The notes beneath the pieces were generated by a model that saw only the letters and a list, made by a program, of their open reading frames with translations, was not told the origin of the DNA and did not search any database. Below, in pieces: positions 6,839 through 16,200 of a stretch of 64,000 nt of DNA. Both the position numbers and the translations under genes were made by a program. Source of the stretch: Cyanobacteria bacterium P01_F01_bin.150 (GTDB lineage Bacteria; Cyanobacteriota; Cyanobacteriia; CAKZMO01); the NCBI GenBank assembly GCA_039189765.1, contig JBCCYL010000023.1:1-64000 (forward strand), given 5' to 3'. Numbering within the stretch: position 1 is the stretch's first letter; the number at the start of each line of letters is the position of its first letter.

Positions 6839-9257
6839 GTTTAATGTGCCCGATCGCAATCCCTTCTTTACGGCTGGAGCAGCGGTTGGTGGCGATCGCC
6901 CAACACGGGAAGACATTCTGACCCTTATGCAGGAAGTATTGCAGCACCAGCGACCAGTAGCGTTAAGTGGATTGGGGGGCATTGGCAAAAGTCAGCTTGC
7001 GGCTGAATATGCCCATCGCCATCGTCAGACGTATAAAACGGTGGTGTGGCTGCGGGAGGAAACCTCAGAAGAGCTATTTGCCAACGTAGCTGTGGTGGCC
7101 CAGGATTTAGGGTTGCCCCTACGGCAAAATGCGGACCAAACGTTGGTGGTCCAAGCCCTTAAAAACTGGCTCAAAGATCGCGATGAATGGCTACTTATTT
7201 TAGATAATGCCGATTCTTTAGATTTGGTAAAAGATTGGCTCAAGCTAAAGGAGGCTGGGCATATTGTTTTGGCCACCCGAGCGGCAGTCACGGAACCTCT
7301 GGCAAAGAAAATTGACGTGGAGACATTTGCGCCCGATGAAGGCTGCTTATTTCTATTGCGACGGGCAGGGATACTGGACAAAGCGGACGACTTGGCCCAA
7401 GCATCAGCGGCGGATCAGGATCTTGCCGTTACCCTAAATCAGTTGATGGATAGCTTACCCTTGGCCCTAGACCAGGCTGGGGCATTTATCTTGGAAACAC
7501 CATCTAGTCTCGAAGAATATTTGGCGCTCTATCAGGCTGCGGCACCTCAGTTATTGGAACAAGAGAGTCAAAACAGTCCCGACCATCCGTCAGCCACCGT
7601 TACCTTTTCCCTGGCGTTTGAACAAGTAGCAAGTCAAAACCCAGCGGCGGCAGATTTGCTAACCCTTTGTGCCTTCCTTGCCCCCGATGCGATTCCAGAG
7701 GAGCTTTTTACCGCAGGGGCGGACTATTTAGGAGAAGAATTAAGAGCTGCAATAACTGATCCTATAAAAAGACTACAACTTCTGCGAGACGTGGGACGAT
7801 TCTCGCTGCTAAGCCGCAATCCCAAAGCCCAAACCCTGGATATGCATCGGGTAGTGCAAGCGGTCTTACAATCTCGATTGAGTCCAGAACAGCAGCGGCA
7901 ATGGCGGGATCGAGCAATCTATACAGTTAATGCAGCGCTGCCAGATAGAGGTATTGAATATGCTGACTGGGTAATTTTTGAGCGCGTGCTACCCCATGCC
8001 CAAACGGTTATTGAGGAGATAGATGGGGATAGCTGTGAGTGTAAGGTCTCTGCCCATCTACTAAATCAAACCGCCGAATATCTTTGGGCACGGGGACAGT
8101 ATGGAACGGCGGAACCGTTATTTCAAGATGCTTTAACTATTCGCCAACGGATCTTGGATGACGAGCATCCAGATATTGCAGAAAGCCTAAATAATCTTGC
8201 TAAAGTTTATCGTTCCCAGGGCCGCTACAGCGATGCAGAACCACTCTACTGTGAGGCTTTAGCGATGAGGAAGCGCCTGTTTGGGGAGGAGCACCCTGAT
8301 GTGGCTCAGAGTCTAAATAACTTGGCTGAACTTTATCGTTCTCAGGGGCAACCTAGCAACGCAAGACCACTCTACCACGAGGCCCTGGAGATGAGAAAAC
8401 GCCTGTTTGGGGAAGAGCACCCTGATGTGGCTCAGAGTCTAAATAACCTGGCTGTATTCTACTACTGTCAGGGCAACTACAACGATGCGGAACCGCTCTA
8501 TCGCGAGGCGCTAAAGATGAGTAAACGGCTATTGGGTGATGAGCATCCCGATGTGGCGACGAGTCTGAATAACTTAGCTGGACTCTACGACGCTCAAGGC
8601 CGCTACAGCGAAGCAGAACCGCTCTACCGTGAGGCTTTGAAGATGAGGCAGAAACTGTTGGGTAAAGAGCATCCCAATGTAGCGACGAGTCTAAATAACT
8701 TGGCATTACTCTACAAGGCCCAAGGATATTATAGAGATGCAGAACCACTCTATCGAGAGGCCCTGGAGATGAGTAAGCGACTATTGGGTGATGAGCATCC
8801 TGATGTTGCAACGAGTCTGAATAATCTGGCATTTCTCTATGCCTCTCAAGATCGCTACAGCGAAGCAGAGCCACTCTACCGCGAGGCGTTGGAGTTGAGT
8901 AAGCGGTTGTTGGGTGATGAGCATCCCAATATTGCAACGAGTCTGAATAACCTGGCATTGCTCTACAATTCCCAAGGTCGCTACAGCGACGCGGAACCAC
9001 TTTTCCTTGATGCTTTGGAGATGAGCAAGCGGCTGTTGGGCGATGAACATCCCAATGTGGCGACGAGTTTATTTAATTTGGGGGCATTACGCTATCAACA
9101 AGGGCAGTACATAGCTGCCCAAACACTTCTTTTGCAAGCGCAACCGATCTATCTCACTGTTCTCGGTCCAGACCACCCCAGCACTCAAAATCTTCAGGGT
9201 TGGATTGATGACGTTCAAGCTGCCCTTGAAGAATCTGGCCATGATGGGGAGGCTTGA
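6792..9257 (+). CDS. NB-ARC (STAND) NTPase with C-terminal 42-aa TPR array (NLR-like); frame open from 6792, first start codon GTG at 6846
   Basis: LFNVPDRNPFFT, GLGGIGKS Walker A, LLILDNAD Walker B, LPLALDQAG, MHRVVQ; about 9 HPDVAxSLNNLA repeats. Confidence 0.9.
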   Translation, partial: PSLAPSLSSGTETEGLFNVPDRNPFFTAGAAVGGDRPTREDILTLMQEVLQHQRPVALSGLGGIGKSQLAAEYAHRHRQTYKTVVWLREETSEELFANVAVVAQDLGLPLRQNADQTLVVQALKNWLKDRDEWLLILDNADSLDLVKDWLKLKEAGHIVLATRAAVTEPLAKKIDVETFAPDEGCLFLLRRAGILDKADDLAQASAADQDLAVTLNQLMDSLPLALDQAGAFILETPSSLEEYLALYQAAAPQLLEQESQNSPDHPSATVTFSLAFEQVASQNPAAADLLTLCAFLAPDAIPEELFTAGADYLGEELRAAITDPIKRLQLLRDVGRFSLLSRNPKAQTLDMHRVVQAVLQSRLSPEQQRQWRDRAIYTVNAALPDRGIEYADWVIFERVLPHAQTVIEEIDGDSCECKVSAHLLNQTAEYLWARGQYGTAEPLFQDALTIRQRILDDEHPDIAESLNNLAKVYRSQGRYSDAEPLYCEALAMRKRLFGEEHPDVAQSLNNLAELYRSQGQPSNARPLYHEALEMRKRLFGEEHPDVAQSLNNLAVFYYCQGNYNDAEPLYREALKMSKRLLGDEHPDVATSLNNLAGLYDAQGRYSEAEPLYREALKMRQKLLGKEHPNVATSLNNLALLYKAQGYYRDAEPLYREALEMSKRLLGDEHPDVATSLNNLAFLYASQDRYSEAEPLYREALELSKRLLGDEHPNIATSLNNLALLYNSQGRYSDAEPLFLDALEMSKRLLGDEHPNVATSLFNLGALRYQQGQYIAAQTLLLQAQPIYLTVLGPDHPSTQNLQGWIDDVQAALEESGHDGEA
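8060..9190 (+). repeat. 126-bp intragenic tandem repeats encoding TPR units
   Basis: GAGCA(T/C)CC.(G/A)AT(G/A)T.GC...GAGTCT.AATAA recurs every 126 bp. Confidence 0.9.
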
Positions 9258-9277
9258 AGAGTGAGGGATCAGCTCCC

Positions 9278-9438
9278 GGTGCCCAGACTCCGGCTTGGAA
9301 CAAGGTATTTTAGATTTTGGATTTTGGATTTCCTTGGTGCCCAGACTCCGGCTGGGTGCCCTCTCAGGAGACTCTGGCTCCGCTGCCCTGTCTGAGCCAG
9401 AGTCTCAGATGGGCATTCCCAGCGGGACACTGGGAACC
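9278..9438. repeat. Palindromic intergenic repeat (CCCAGACTCCGGCTGGG...GAGCCAGAGTCTC...TTCCCAG..CTGGGAAC) with embedded ATTTT(A/G)G heptamers at 9307-9330
   Basis: Duplicated GGTGCCCAGACTCCGGCT; related copy at 59273-59379 shares GAGCCAGAGTCTC. Confidence 0.7.
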
Positions 9439-9596
9439 ATGAAACTCACCCCATCTTGTAATAAATTTCATCCTGTCTTTAACGACTCGATCAGATGCAC
9501 ATCCAGTTGGCGTTCAATCGAGATGTAAAAAGAAACTACAGGTTCAAACTAAAATTTTATCGGCACAAATTAAAGCCCATCCAACCTTGAACAATC

Positions 9597-10061
9597 ATGT
9601 TCAGAACTATCCTAAAAATTGCATTATTGGCGCAGGCATTCTTTTGCACTGGTCCTGCCGCTTTAATCCTTGCTCTTGGATCAATGTTTGCCATTAGTGT
9701 GGGCATTGCAGTGCCGGCTCTTTATCTCTTCTCCTTCCTGACTGGGCAACCCTTAGCAGAAGACTTGTTAGCCCAACACGGCATGATGATAGGAAAGATT
9801 TTTCTACCCTGGAGCTTCGGAGTTTTGGCAATTGGCAACGTTTGGTACCTCTTGTTACTTACGTTGATGGGCAAAAAGCTGATCTACACAACATTCTTTA
9901 TCATCAGCATTATTGGCGGCACTGCAACCGCCCTTATTTTTTGTATTCCCCCGACAAATATAACGTTCAACAGCATGTTGCTTGCTGGGTTTCCCTTACT
10001 GTTTGGATATCAACTATTGTTTATGCAACATAGAGGATGGTACAGATACTTTGCAGATTAG
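9597..10061 (+). CDS. Hypothetical integral membrane protein
   Basis: 154 aa, about 4 hydrophobic segments, ATG start. Confidence 0.65.
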   Translation: MFRTILKIALLAQAFFCTGPAALILALGSMFAISVGIAVPALYLFSFLTGQPLAEDLLAQHGMMIGKIFLPWSFGVLAIGNVWYLLLLTLMGKKLIYTTFFIISIIGGTATALIFCIPPTNITFNSMLLAGFPLLFGYQLLFMQHRGWYRYFAD

Positions 10062-10162
10062 GTCCCAGTATGACCTGATCAAAGGTTATAGCCCACCAGC
10101 CCATGATCTGACGGGTCAAACCATACCCAATTGCCTCCAGTACTTAACCATCACGTTTAGCG

Positions 10163-10244
10163 GCTTGTACTTTAAGGCGGTGTTGTGGGGCGCTCCGCGC
10201 TCCACAACACCATTAAATTCTTCCCGGCTTAAGTTATAAGCCCG
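10163..10244 (-). repeat. ~80-bp structured dispersed repeat, subfamily B
   Basis: Reverse complement GGGCTTATAACTTAAGCCGGGAAGAATTTAAT-hairpin-CCGCCTTAAAGTACAAGCC; close relative at 23070-23151. Confidence 0.7.
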
Positions 10245-10436
10245 TTTAGCAAAGCCGTCTCTGGCATTCGTAATTGGCTATATGGCCCTTATTTTGAACT
10301 GAACTAAACCCAAAGGAAGGTTAAGGGCACTCCATGAACCGTTTACAATAATGCTTATGCACAGTGCAAACATTAACCGTACTGTGCCACAGATAAGACA
10401 AGCATGACGTTAGACGGATGTAGGGAGTGGTAAATC

Positions 10437-11666
10437 ATGGTTGAAAAAATGCAGTGGACCAATGCCCTTTCCACCCGTCCATCGTTAGAAGCCGCCATCC
10501 AAGAAGTGGTGACCCAAGTTCAACAGACGATTTCAGGCACGTTGGATGTGGGCATTGTGTTTATCGCATCGGCCTTTGAGAGCGAATATGCTCGCCTTAT
10601 GCCCCTGCTCCAAGAAAAGCTATCCATTCCAGTGCTGATTGGCTGTAGTGGCGGCGGGATTGTCGGTATGACTGAAAATGGTGCAAAAGAAATTGAAGCC
10701 AACGTTGCCATCAGCCTCAGTGTCGGACAATTACCCGGAGTATCCGTAACGCCGTTTTTAATGCGTCCCGATGAACTCCCTGACTTGGATGGTCCCCCTC
10801 AGCAATGGGTGGATTTAGTAGGTGTCGCCCCAGAAAAGCAGCCTGACTTTATTGTGTTGGCAGACCCAATGGCCGGAGGTCTTAATGACTTTTTACAAGG
10901 CATGGATTTTGCATACCCAAGTGCGGCAAAAGTAGGAGGCTTAGCCAGTGCAGGCTCCATGTCGGCTCGAACCTGCGTCTTTTACCAGGACGACGTTTAT
11001 TTTGGTGATATTGTCGGCATTGCCTTGAGCGGCAATATTAAGCTTGATGCAATCGTTGCCCAAGGGTGTCGGCCAATTGGCCCGGTGTACCGAGTCACGG
11101 AAGGAGAGCGCAATATCATTCTGGAACTTCAAGAAGTAGACAGCGATGAGAACAGCCACCCTCCCCTAAAAATATTGCAGGAGATGCTGGAAACTCTTAG
11201 TGAGGCAGATCGTGAAAAAATCCAAAACTCCTTATTTGTGGGCATTGCTCAAAATGAATTTAAAGCAACCCTTGAACCCGGTGACTTTCTGATTCGACAG
11301 CCCATGGGAATTGACCCACGGGTGGGGGCTTTGGCCATTGGCGATCGCGTTCGTCCAGGACAGCGGATTCAATTTCATCTTAGAGATGCACAAACATCAG
11401 CGGACGATTTGGATATTCTGCTAAAACGCTATGGCCTAGAGCAATCTAGCCAGCCCTCTGCTCCCTTAGGTGCATTGATGTTTGCCTGCTTGGGACGGGG
11501 CAAGTCTTTGTATAACAAAGCAGACTTTGATTCAAGCCTGTTTACTCAAACCATATCAAATGTGCCGATTAGCGGCTTTTTCTGCAACGGTGAAATCGGC
11601 CCCGTTAGCGGCACATCGTTTATCCACGGCTTTACCTCTGTTTTTGGCATCCTAAGGCAGCCCTAA
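10437..11666 (+). CDS. FIST N/C domain signal transduction protein
   Basis: LIGCSGGG, VAQGCRPIG, FACLGRG, GFFCNGEIGP motifs. Confidence 0.9.
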   Translation: MVEKMQWTNALSTRPSLEAAIQEVVTQVQQTISGTLDVGIVFIASAFESEYARLMPLLQEKLSIPVLIGCSGGGIVGMTENGAKEIEANVAISLSVGQLPGVSVTPFLMRPDELPDLDGPPQQWVDLVGVAPEKQPDFIVLADPMAGGLNDFLQGMDFAYPSAAKVGGLASAGSMSARTCVFYQDDVYFGDIVGIALSGNIKLDAIVAQGCRPIGPVYRVTEGERNIILELQEVDSDENSHPPLKILQEMLETLSEADREKIQNSLFVGIAQNEFKATLEPGDFLIRQPMGIDPRVGALAIGDRVRPGQRIQFHLRDAQTSADDLDILLKRYGLEQSSQPSAPLGALMFACLGRGKSLYNKADFDSSLFTQTISNVPISGFFCNGEIGPVSGTSFIHGFTSVFGILRQP

Positions 11667-11728
11667 TGAAATGCAGATACAGAGCTTACTGCTGTTGGGT
11701 TTTATTGCTTCAGCCCAACCTACGTCAC

Positions 11729-12367
11729 TTATCGCACCGACGCTAGGGGAGTTCCTAAAACACAGGCATTGGTCAGGCTTGTGCCATAGAAATTGGCATC
11801 CGTGAGATTTGCACAAAGCAAATTAGCTCCATCAAAATTAGCCCCTGCAAGGTTGGCCCCCCGCAGATCGGCTTCTTCTAAGTTGGCTTCACTCAACAGG
11901 GTTCCTTGCACATTGGCCTGACTTAAGTTTGCCCCATTCAAATTAGCCCCACTTAAGTTAGCGCCCCGCAAATCCACGCCTCGCAGATCAGCCCCTTTTA
12001 AGTTTGCTCCCATCAAATTTGCACCGCTCAGAAAAGCAGCGGATGCATTGATCTTTTTAAGGTTCGTACGCATCAAATTCGCTCCTCGCAAATTTGCCCC
12101 CCGCAGATCAGCCTCTGCAAGATTACTCTGCATCAGGTTACTCCCCAGAAAGCTCCCTCTAAGGTCTGCCCCTTCCATCTGACACCCCATCATCTGAGCA
12201 CCATCAAATTTAGCTCCATTGCAGTTTGCTTGGCCTAAATCCGTTCCGGTTAAGTTAGCGCCTGTGAAATTAACCCGATTTAAATCGGCTTTAGATAAGT
12301 CTTCATCGTCTAGCTCGGCACCAACCAGATTTGAGACTTGCCCTGCCCGAATAGCTTCAAGATCCAT
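11729..12367 (-). CDS. Pentapeptide repeat protein
   Basis: Extensive A(D/N)LxG repeats. Confidence 0.92.
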   Translation of the reverse strand: MDLEAIRAGQVSNLVGAELDDEDLSKADLNRVNFTGANLTGTDLGQANCNGAKFDGAQMMGCQMEGADLRGSFLGSNLMQSNLAEADLRGANLRGANLMRTNLKKINASAAFLSGANLMGANLKGADLRGVDLRGANLSGANLNGANLSQANVQGTLLSEANLEEADLRGANLAGANFDGANLLCANLTDANFYGTSLTNACVLGTPLASVR

Positions 12368-12478
12368 TGAATACGCCCTTCTTTCCCCTTAGACACCAAA
12401 TATCAGCTTTAAACAGATTGCGGAGGCGCAATATGCCTCAACAATCGTTAAACTCGTTTCGCCCTAGAGCGATCCCCA

Positions 12479-13207
12479 TTAAAACCCCATTGTATCTAAT
12501 AACCGTGGTAAACCCTGAACCAGAGCAATACCAACAAACGCCCCACCGGCTAAACCCGCAGCTAAGCCTGCAAGACTGATAAATCCATCTTCCTCAATTA
12601 AACTGAATCCCAAAATAAATACGATCATTGCGGGCACCGTATTGGTACCTGGAATAGGAATCATCATAAAAATTCCCATCAGGATAATGACCAAGCCAAT
12701 CACAATACGACCCAGTTGGGTATTGCTGATAAACGATAGGCGAGGCTTTGATAACGTCTCTAGACGCTGGAGCCAGGGTAACCCAGCCTTGATTAAGCCT
12801 TGGGCCTGTTTACGGCTAAGGGAACTGGACCGAATTTTTTGAGGAAACCAGGGCCGGTGCAGTCCCAAGATCATCTGTGCCGAGACCAAAATAATTAAAA
12901 CCCCAAAAGGCGCTGAATAGCCTGGGGCAGGCACAGGAAGAGCCGAGGGAAGAGCCAGAAGGACAAGCAGAAAGCCAAAGGTCCGTTCACCCGCTAACTC
13001 TAAAATATTCGATAGGGTGATCCGCTCAGTACCACCATTGCCCTCCTCGATCCCCGCAGACGTATCTTCAGAGTCCTGTTCTGGCAAAGATGCAGGGAAC
13101 GCAACATCCATGGCAGATGTGGCGTTTTCGACATCATTGAGGGATGACTCGACTATGGGGGAAGGAGGGAAGAAAAAGTCTTGTAGTTCTTTAGAAAATC
13201 GTGCCAC
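12479..13207 (-). CDS. exoD: Exopolysaccharide synthesis ExoD family protein
   Basis: GERTFGFLLVLLALPSALPVP, PIPGTNT.PA, EEDG motifs. Confidence 0.85.
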   Translation of the reverse strand: MARFSKELQDFFFPPSPIVESSLNDVENATSAMDVAFPASLPEQDSEDTSAGIEEGNGGTERITLSNILELAGERTFGFLLVLLALPSALPVPAPGYSAPFGVLIILVSAQMILGLHRPWFPQKIRSSSLSRKQAQGLIKAGLPWLQRLETLSKPRLSFISNTQLGRIVIGLVIILMGIFMMIPIPGTNTVPAMIVFILGFSLIEEDGFISLAGLAAGLAGGAFVGIALVQGLPRLLDTMGF

Positions 13208-13330
13208 GGGTGTGAGGAGACCTCCTGAGCAAAGGTTAATTAAGGGAGTTGTTGTTAAACTTTACACTAAAAAAACAGCGCTCCCGGTAGAGTATGGCTG
13301 GATTCCTCTAATCTTTATCAGAACATGTAA

Positions 13331-13387
13331 GGGGTATCAACTTTAGGCGGGTAGTGGAGGCACTTCGTACCTCCCACTACCGTTAAT
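13331..13387 (-). repeat. Structured dispersed repeat, partial copy (second hairpin plus CCGCCTAAAGTTGATA)
   Basis: TATCAACTTTAGGCGGGTAGTGG...CCACTACCGTTAAT. Confidence 0.75.
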
Positions 13388-13408
13388 GTAAGGAAAGATA
13401 GAATTACT

Positions 13409-14137
13409 ATGTGTGGACGATTTACCTTAACCCAATCTAGTGAGGCGATCGCCACTGAATTTCAGGCAGATGTGCCCTTTACCGTCGAACCTCGATACAA
13501 TATTGCCCCCAGTCAGCCGTTATTAGTGATTGTATGGGACGGCCAAAGCTCAAAACGCCAGGCGACCCATTTGAGTTGGGGATTGGTGCCCTCTTGGACG
13601 AAAAACGTCAACAATAGCCGTCCAATGATTAATGCCCGTGCAGAGACCGTCTCAGAAAAACCATCCTTTCGGGCCGCATTTAAGCGGCGAAGGTGCCTTA
13701 TTCCCGCCGATGGCTTTTACGAATGGCAACAAACAAGCCAATCATCAAAATCATCAAAGTCATCAAAGTCATCGAAATCCCCAAAACAGCCATTTTATAT
13801 TCAGCCGATGGGTCTGCAACGCCATCATCCATCCCAAACGGCTCCCCTTTTTGCCTTTGCAGGCATCTGGGAGCACTGGCAAAGCAGCGATGGTAGCAAT
13901 GTATATTCCTGCGCCATTTTGACCATGCCAGCCAATGATGCAATGAATCCGATCCATCACCGTATGCCCGTGATGTTAACCGCCCAAGAGTACGACCAAT
14001 GGCTAACGGTGTCCAATACGGCGGTGGAGACTTTTATGGCGGCATCAGAGGCGATCGCCCTTAAACTCACTCCCATCAGCTCTGCGATTAATAGCCCCCG
14101 CACGGATAGCCCAGACTGCATAAAGCCGTTGGCATAG
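13409..14137 (+). CDS. SOS response-associated peptidase (SRAP/YedK/HMCES) abasic-site protecting protein
   Basis: MCGRF N-terminus, RYNIAP, WGLVP.W, INARAET, RCLIPADGFYEW, IHHRMPV. Confidence 0.92.
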   Translation: MCGRFTLTQSSEAIATEFQADVPFTVEPRYNIAPSQPLLVIVWDGQSSKRQATHLSWGLVPSWTKNVNNSRPMINARAETVSEKPSFRAAFKRRRCLIPADGFYEWQQTSQSSKSSKSSKSSKSPKQPFYIQPMGLQRHHPSQTAPLFAFAGIWEHWQSSDGSNVYSCAILTMPANDAMNPIHHRMPVMLTAQEYDQWLTVSNTAVETFMAASEAIALKLTPISSAINSPRTDSPDCIKPLA

Positions 14138-14206
14138 GTTCAAGGAGCAAGATTAGGCCAGTGGAGTATGAAATAAGGTCACAAAGCCCTCGAAAAAGTA
14201 GGCAAG

Positions 14207-14262
14207 AAAAAAACTCTCCCCAAAGAGGAGAGAGCCAACACACACAAAGAGGAACAACATTT
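14207..14262 (-). ncRNA. Candidate ~55-nt small RNA
   Basis: Extended -10 TGcTACATT (14269-14277, minus strand), CU-rich UUCCUC 5' part, 8-bp stem plus U7 terminator (14207-14234), no ORF. Confidence 0.5.
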
Positions 14263-14532
14263 CTCTTTAATGTAGCAAGCCCTTGCGATCAATGGTAGAA
14301 GTTCATATGAACCATTCAACTAATATTCATCCATTTGAGTCACTCGGTAGAAATGCTACAAGCGTTAACTGGCGGTGATGATAGCTAAAAAACAGGGGCG
14401 ATCGCTGGCTAATTTACCAACCGGAAAACTGTTTGAGACTGCAAGGAAAATTATTGACCTTGGAAAAGCTAAAAAAATAAGCCAAATCGGGAATCCTTAG
14501 CTTCTACCTCGTATTTTTAAATTATTGTTTTC

Positions 14533-14612
14533 TGGAGTTGCGATTTAAGTCGCAGCTCCATTGACGGTAGTGGGAGCATGAAGCGCCCCCACCCCCCGCC
14601 TAACGTTGATCT
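14533..14612 (+). repeat. ~80-bp structured dispersed repeat
   Basis: TGGAGTTGCGATTTAAGTCGCAGCTCCA hairpin, then ACGGTAGTGGG..CCCAC..CCGCCTAACGTTGAT. Confidence 0.7.
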
Positions 14613-14730
14613 CCTGTTTTCTACATCTTTAGTGCAGATTTCGCCTGAAGACCGATTCGAATAATCAATAAGTGGCGGTGGGCAAATACAATTTTCCCGC
14701 TATTCAATTAAAGACATGCAAGGAGAACCT

Positions 14731-16191
14731 ATGGCAACTTTAAATGGCGTTATGATGCAGTATTTCCACTGGTATAGTCCAGCGGATGGCAGTTTATGGA
14801 ACCAGGTAAACGCCAATGCCAAAGATTTAGCCGATGCAGGCTTTACAGCGATGTGGTTACCTCCCGCCTACAAAGGGTTTGGAGGCGGCTATGACGTGGG
14901 CTACGGCGTCTACGATATGTTCGACTTGGGCGAATTTGACCAGAAGGGCAGTGTACGCACCAAGTACGGTAACCGTCAGCAGTATCTGGACGCGATCGCC
15001 TCCCTCCATGACAACGGCATCCAAGTCTATGCTGATGCGGTCCTCAATCACCGCATGGGCGGGGATAAAACCGAAACCATGAAGGCAACCCCTTTCCCCC
15101 AAGACAATCGTCTCCAGCCAAAGGGGGATTTACACGAAATTGAAAGCTACACTCATTTCACCTTTCCCGGTCGTCAGGGCAAATATTCTGAGTTTGAGTG
15201 GCACTGGTGGCATTTTGATGCGGTGGACTACAACACCCGTGGTAGCGATGGCAATACGGTCTATTTGCTTGAAGGAAAAGTGTTTGACGACTACGTAGCC
15301 CTTGAGAAGGGCAACTTTGCCTATCTGATGGGCTGTGACCTAGATTTTCAGAATGAATGGGTGCGTGGTGAAGTGACCCATTGGGGACAGTGGTATCTGG
15401 ACACTACGGGAGTAGATGGCTTCCGCCTAGACGCCATCAAGCATATTTCTTCCTGGTTTTTCCCACAATGGATCAAGGCCCTGGAAGACTATGCCAAGAA
15501 AGATTTATTTGTTGTTGGCGAGTATTGGTACAACGATTTAGGCACCCTTCTGTGGTACATCGATGCGGTCCAGGGCAAAATGTCTGTTTTTGACGTACCT
15601 TTACATTACAATTTCCATCAAGCTAGTAAGGCCGGCGGTCATTACAATATGGCCACTCTTCTTCACAATACTGTGATGCAAGCCCGACCTACCCATGCCG
15701 TAACCTTTGTGGAAAATCACGATTCCCAACCGTTGCAGGCCTTAGAGTCTGTGGTGGAACCTTGGTTTAAGCCCTTAGCCTATGCCATTATTTTGCTGCG
15801 TCAGGAAGGGTATCCCTGCGTGTTCCATGCGGACTACTATGGGGCGAACTACAGCGATCGCGGCTATGACATCTATATGCCCTCCCACCAATTCCTGATC
15901 GATAAGTTTCTGGACGCCCGTCGTAATTATGCTTACGGTCCCCAGTATGACTACTTTGACCATTTCAATACCGTTGGCTGGACTCGTTTGGGCGATAAGG
16001 AACATCCCAAATGTATGGCGGTGCTAATGAGTGATGGTCCCTTTGGGGCCAAGTGGATGGAGGTCGGAAAGCCCAACGTCAAACTGGTCGATATTACCGA
16101 GCATGTCAAAGACCCGGTGTACACTAACGATTGGGGCTGGGCCGAGTTTCTCTGCAATGGGGGTTCGGTGTCCGTCTGGGTAGAAGTCTAG
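14731..16191 (+). CDS. amyA: Alpha-amylase (GH13, bacterial liquefying/AmyA type)
   Basis: NGVMMQYFHWY, WLPPAYKG, DVGYGVYD, DGFRLDAIKHI, VGEYW, FVENHDSQP; GGAG before ATG 14731. Confidence 0.92.
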   Translation: MATLNGVMMQYFHWYSPADGSLWNQVNANAKDLADAGFTAMWLPPAYKGFGGGYDVGYGVYDMFDLGEFDQKGSVRTKYGNRQQYLDAIASLHDNGIQVYADAVLNHRMGGDKTETMKATPFPQDNRLQPKGDLHEIESYTHFTFPGRQGKYSEFEWHWWHFDAVDYNTRGSDGNTVYLLEGKVFDDYVALEKGNFAYLMGCDLDFQNEWVRGEVTHWGQWYLDTTGVDGFRLDAIKHISSWFFPQWIKALEDYAKKDLFVVGEYWYNDLGTLLWYIDAVQGKMSVFDVPLHYNFHQASKAGGHYNMATLLHNTVMQARPTHAVTFVENHDSQPLQALESVVEPWFKPLAYAIILLRQEGYPCVFHADYYGANYSDRGYDIYMPSHQFLIDKFLDARRNYAYGPQYDYFDHFNTVGWTRLGDKEHPKCMAVLMSDGPFGAKWMEVGKPNVKLVDITEHVKDPVYTNDWGWAEFLCNGGSVSVWVEV

Positions 16192-16200
16192 GGCGCGATT

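Noticed and set aside
8060..9190. Regularly spaced repeats as a CRISPR array or DGR template/variable repeat
   Set aside because: They are 126-bp in-frame coding TPR units with no unique spacers; no cas or reverse transcriptase gene is in the window.
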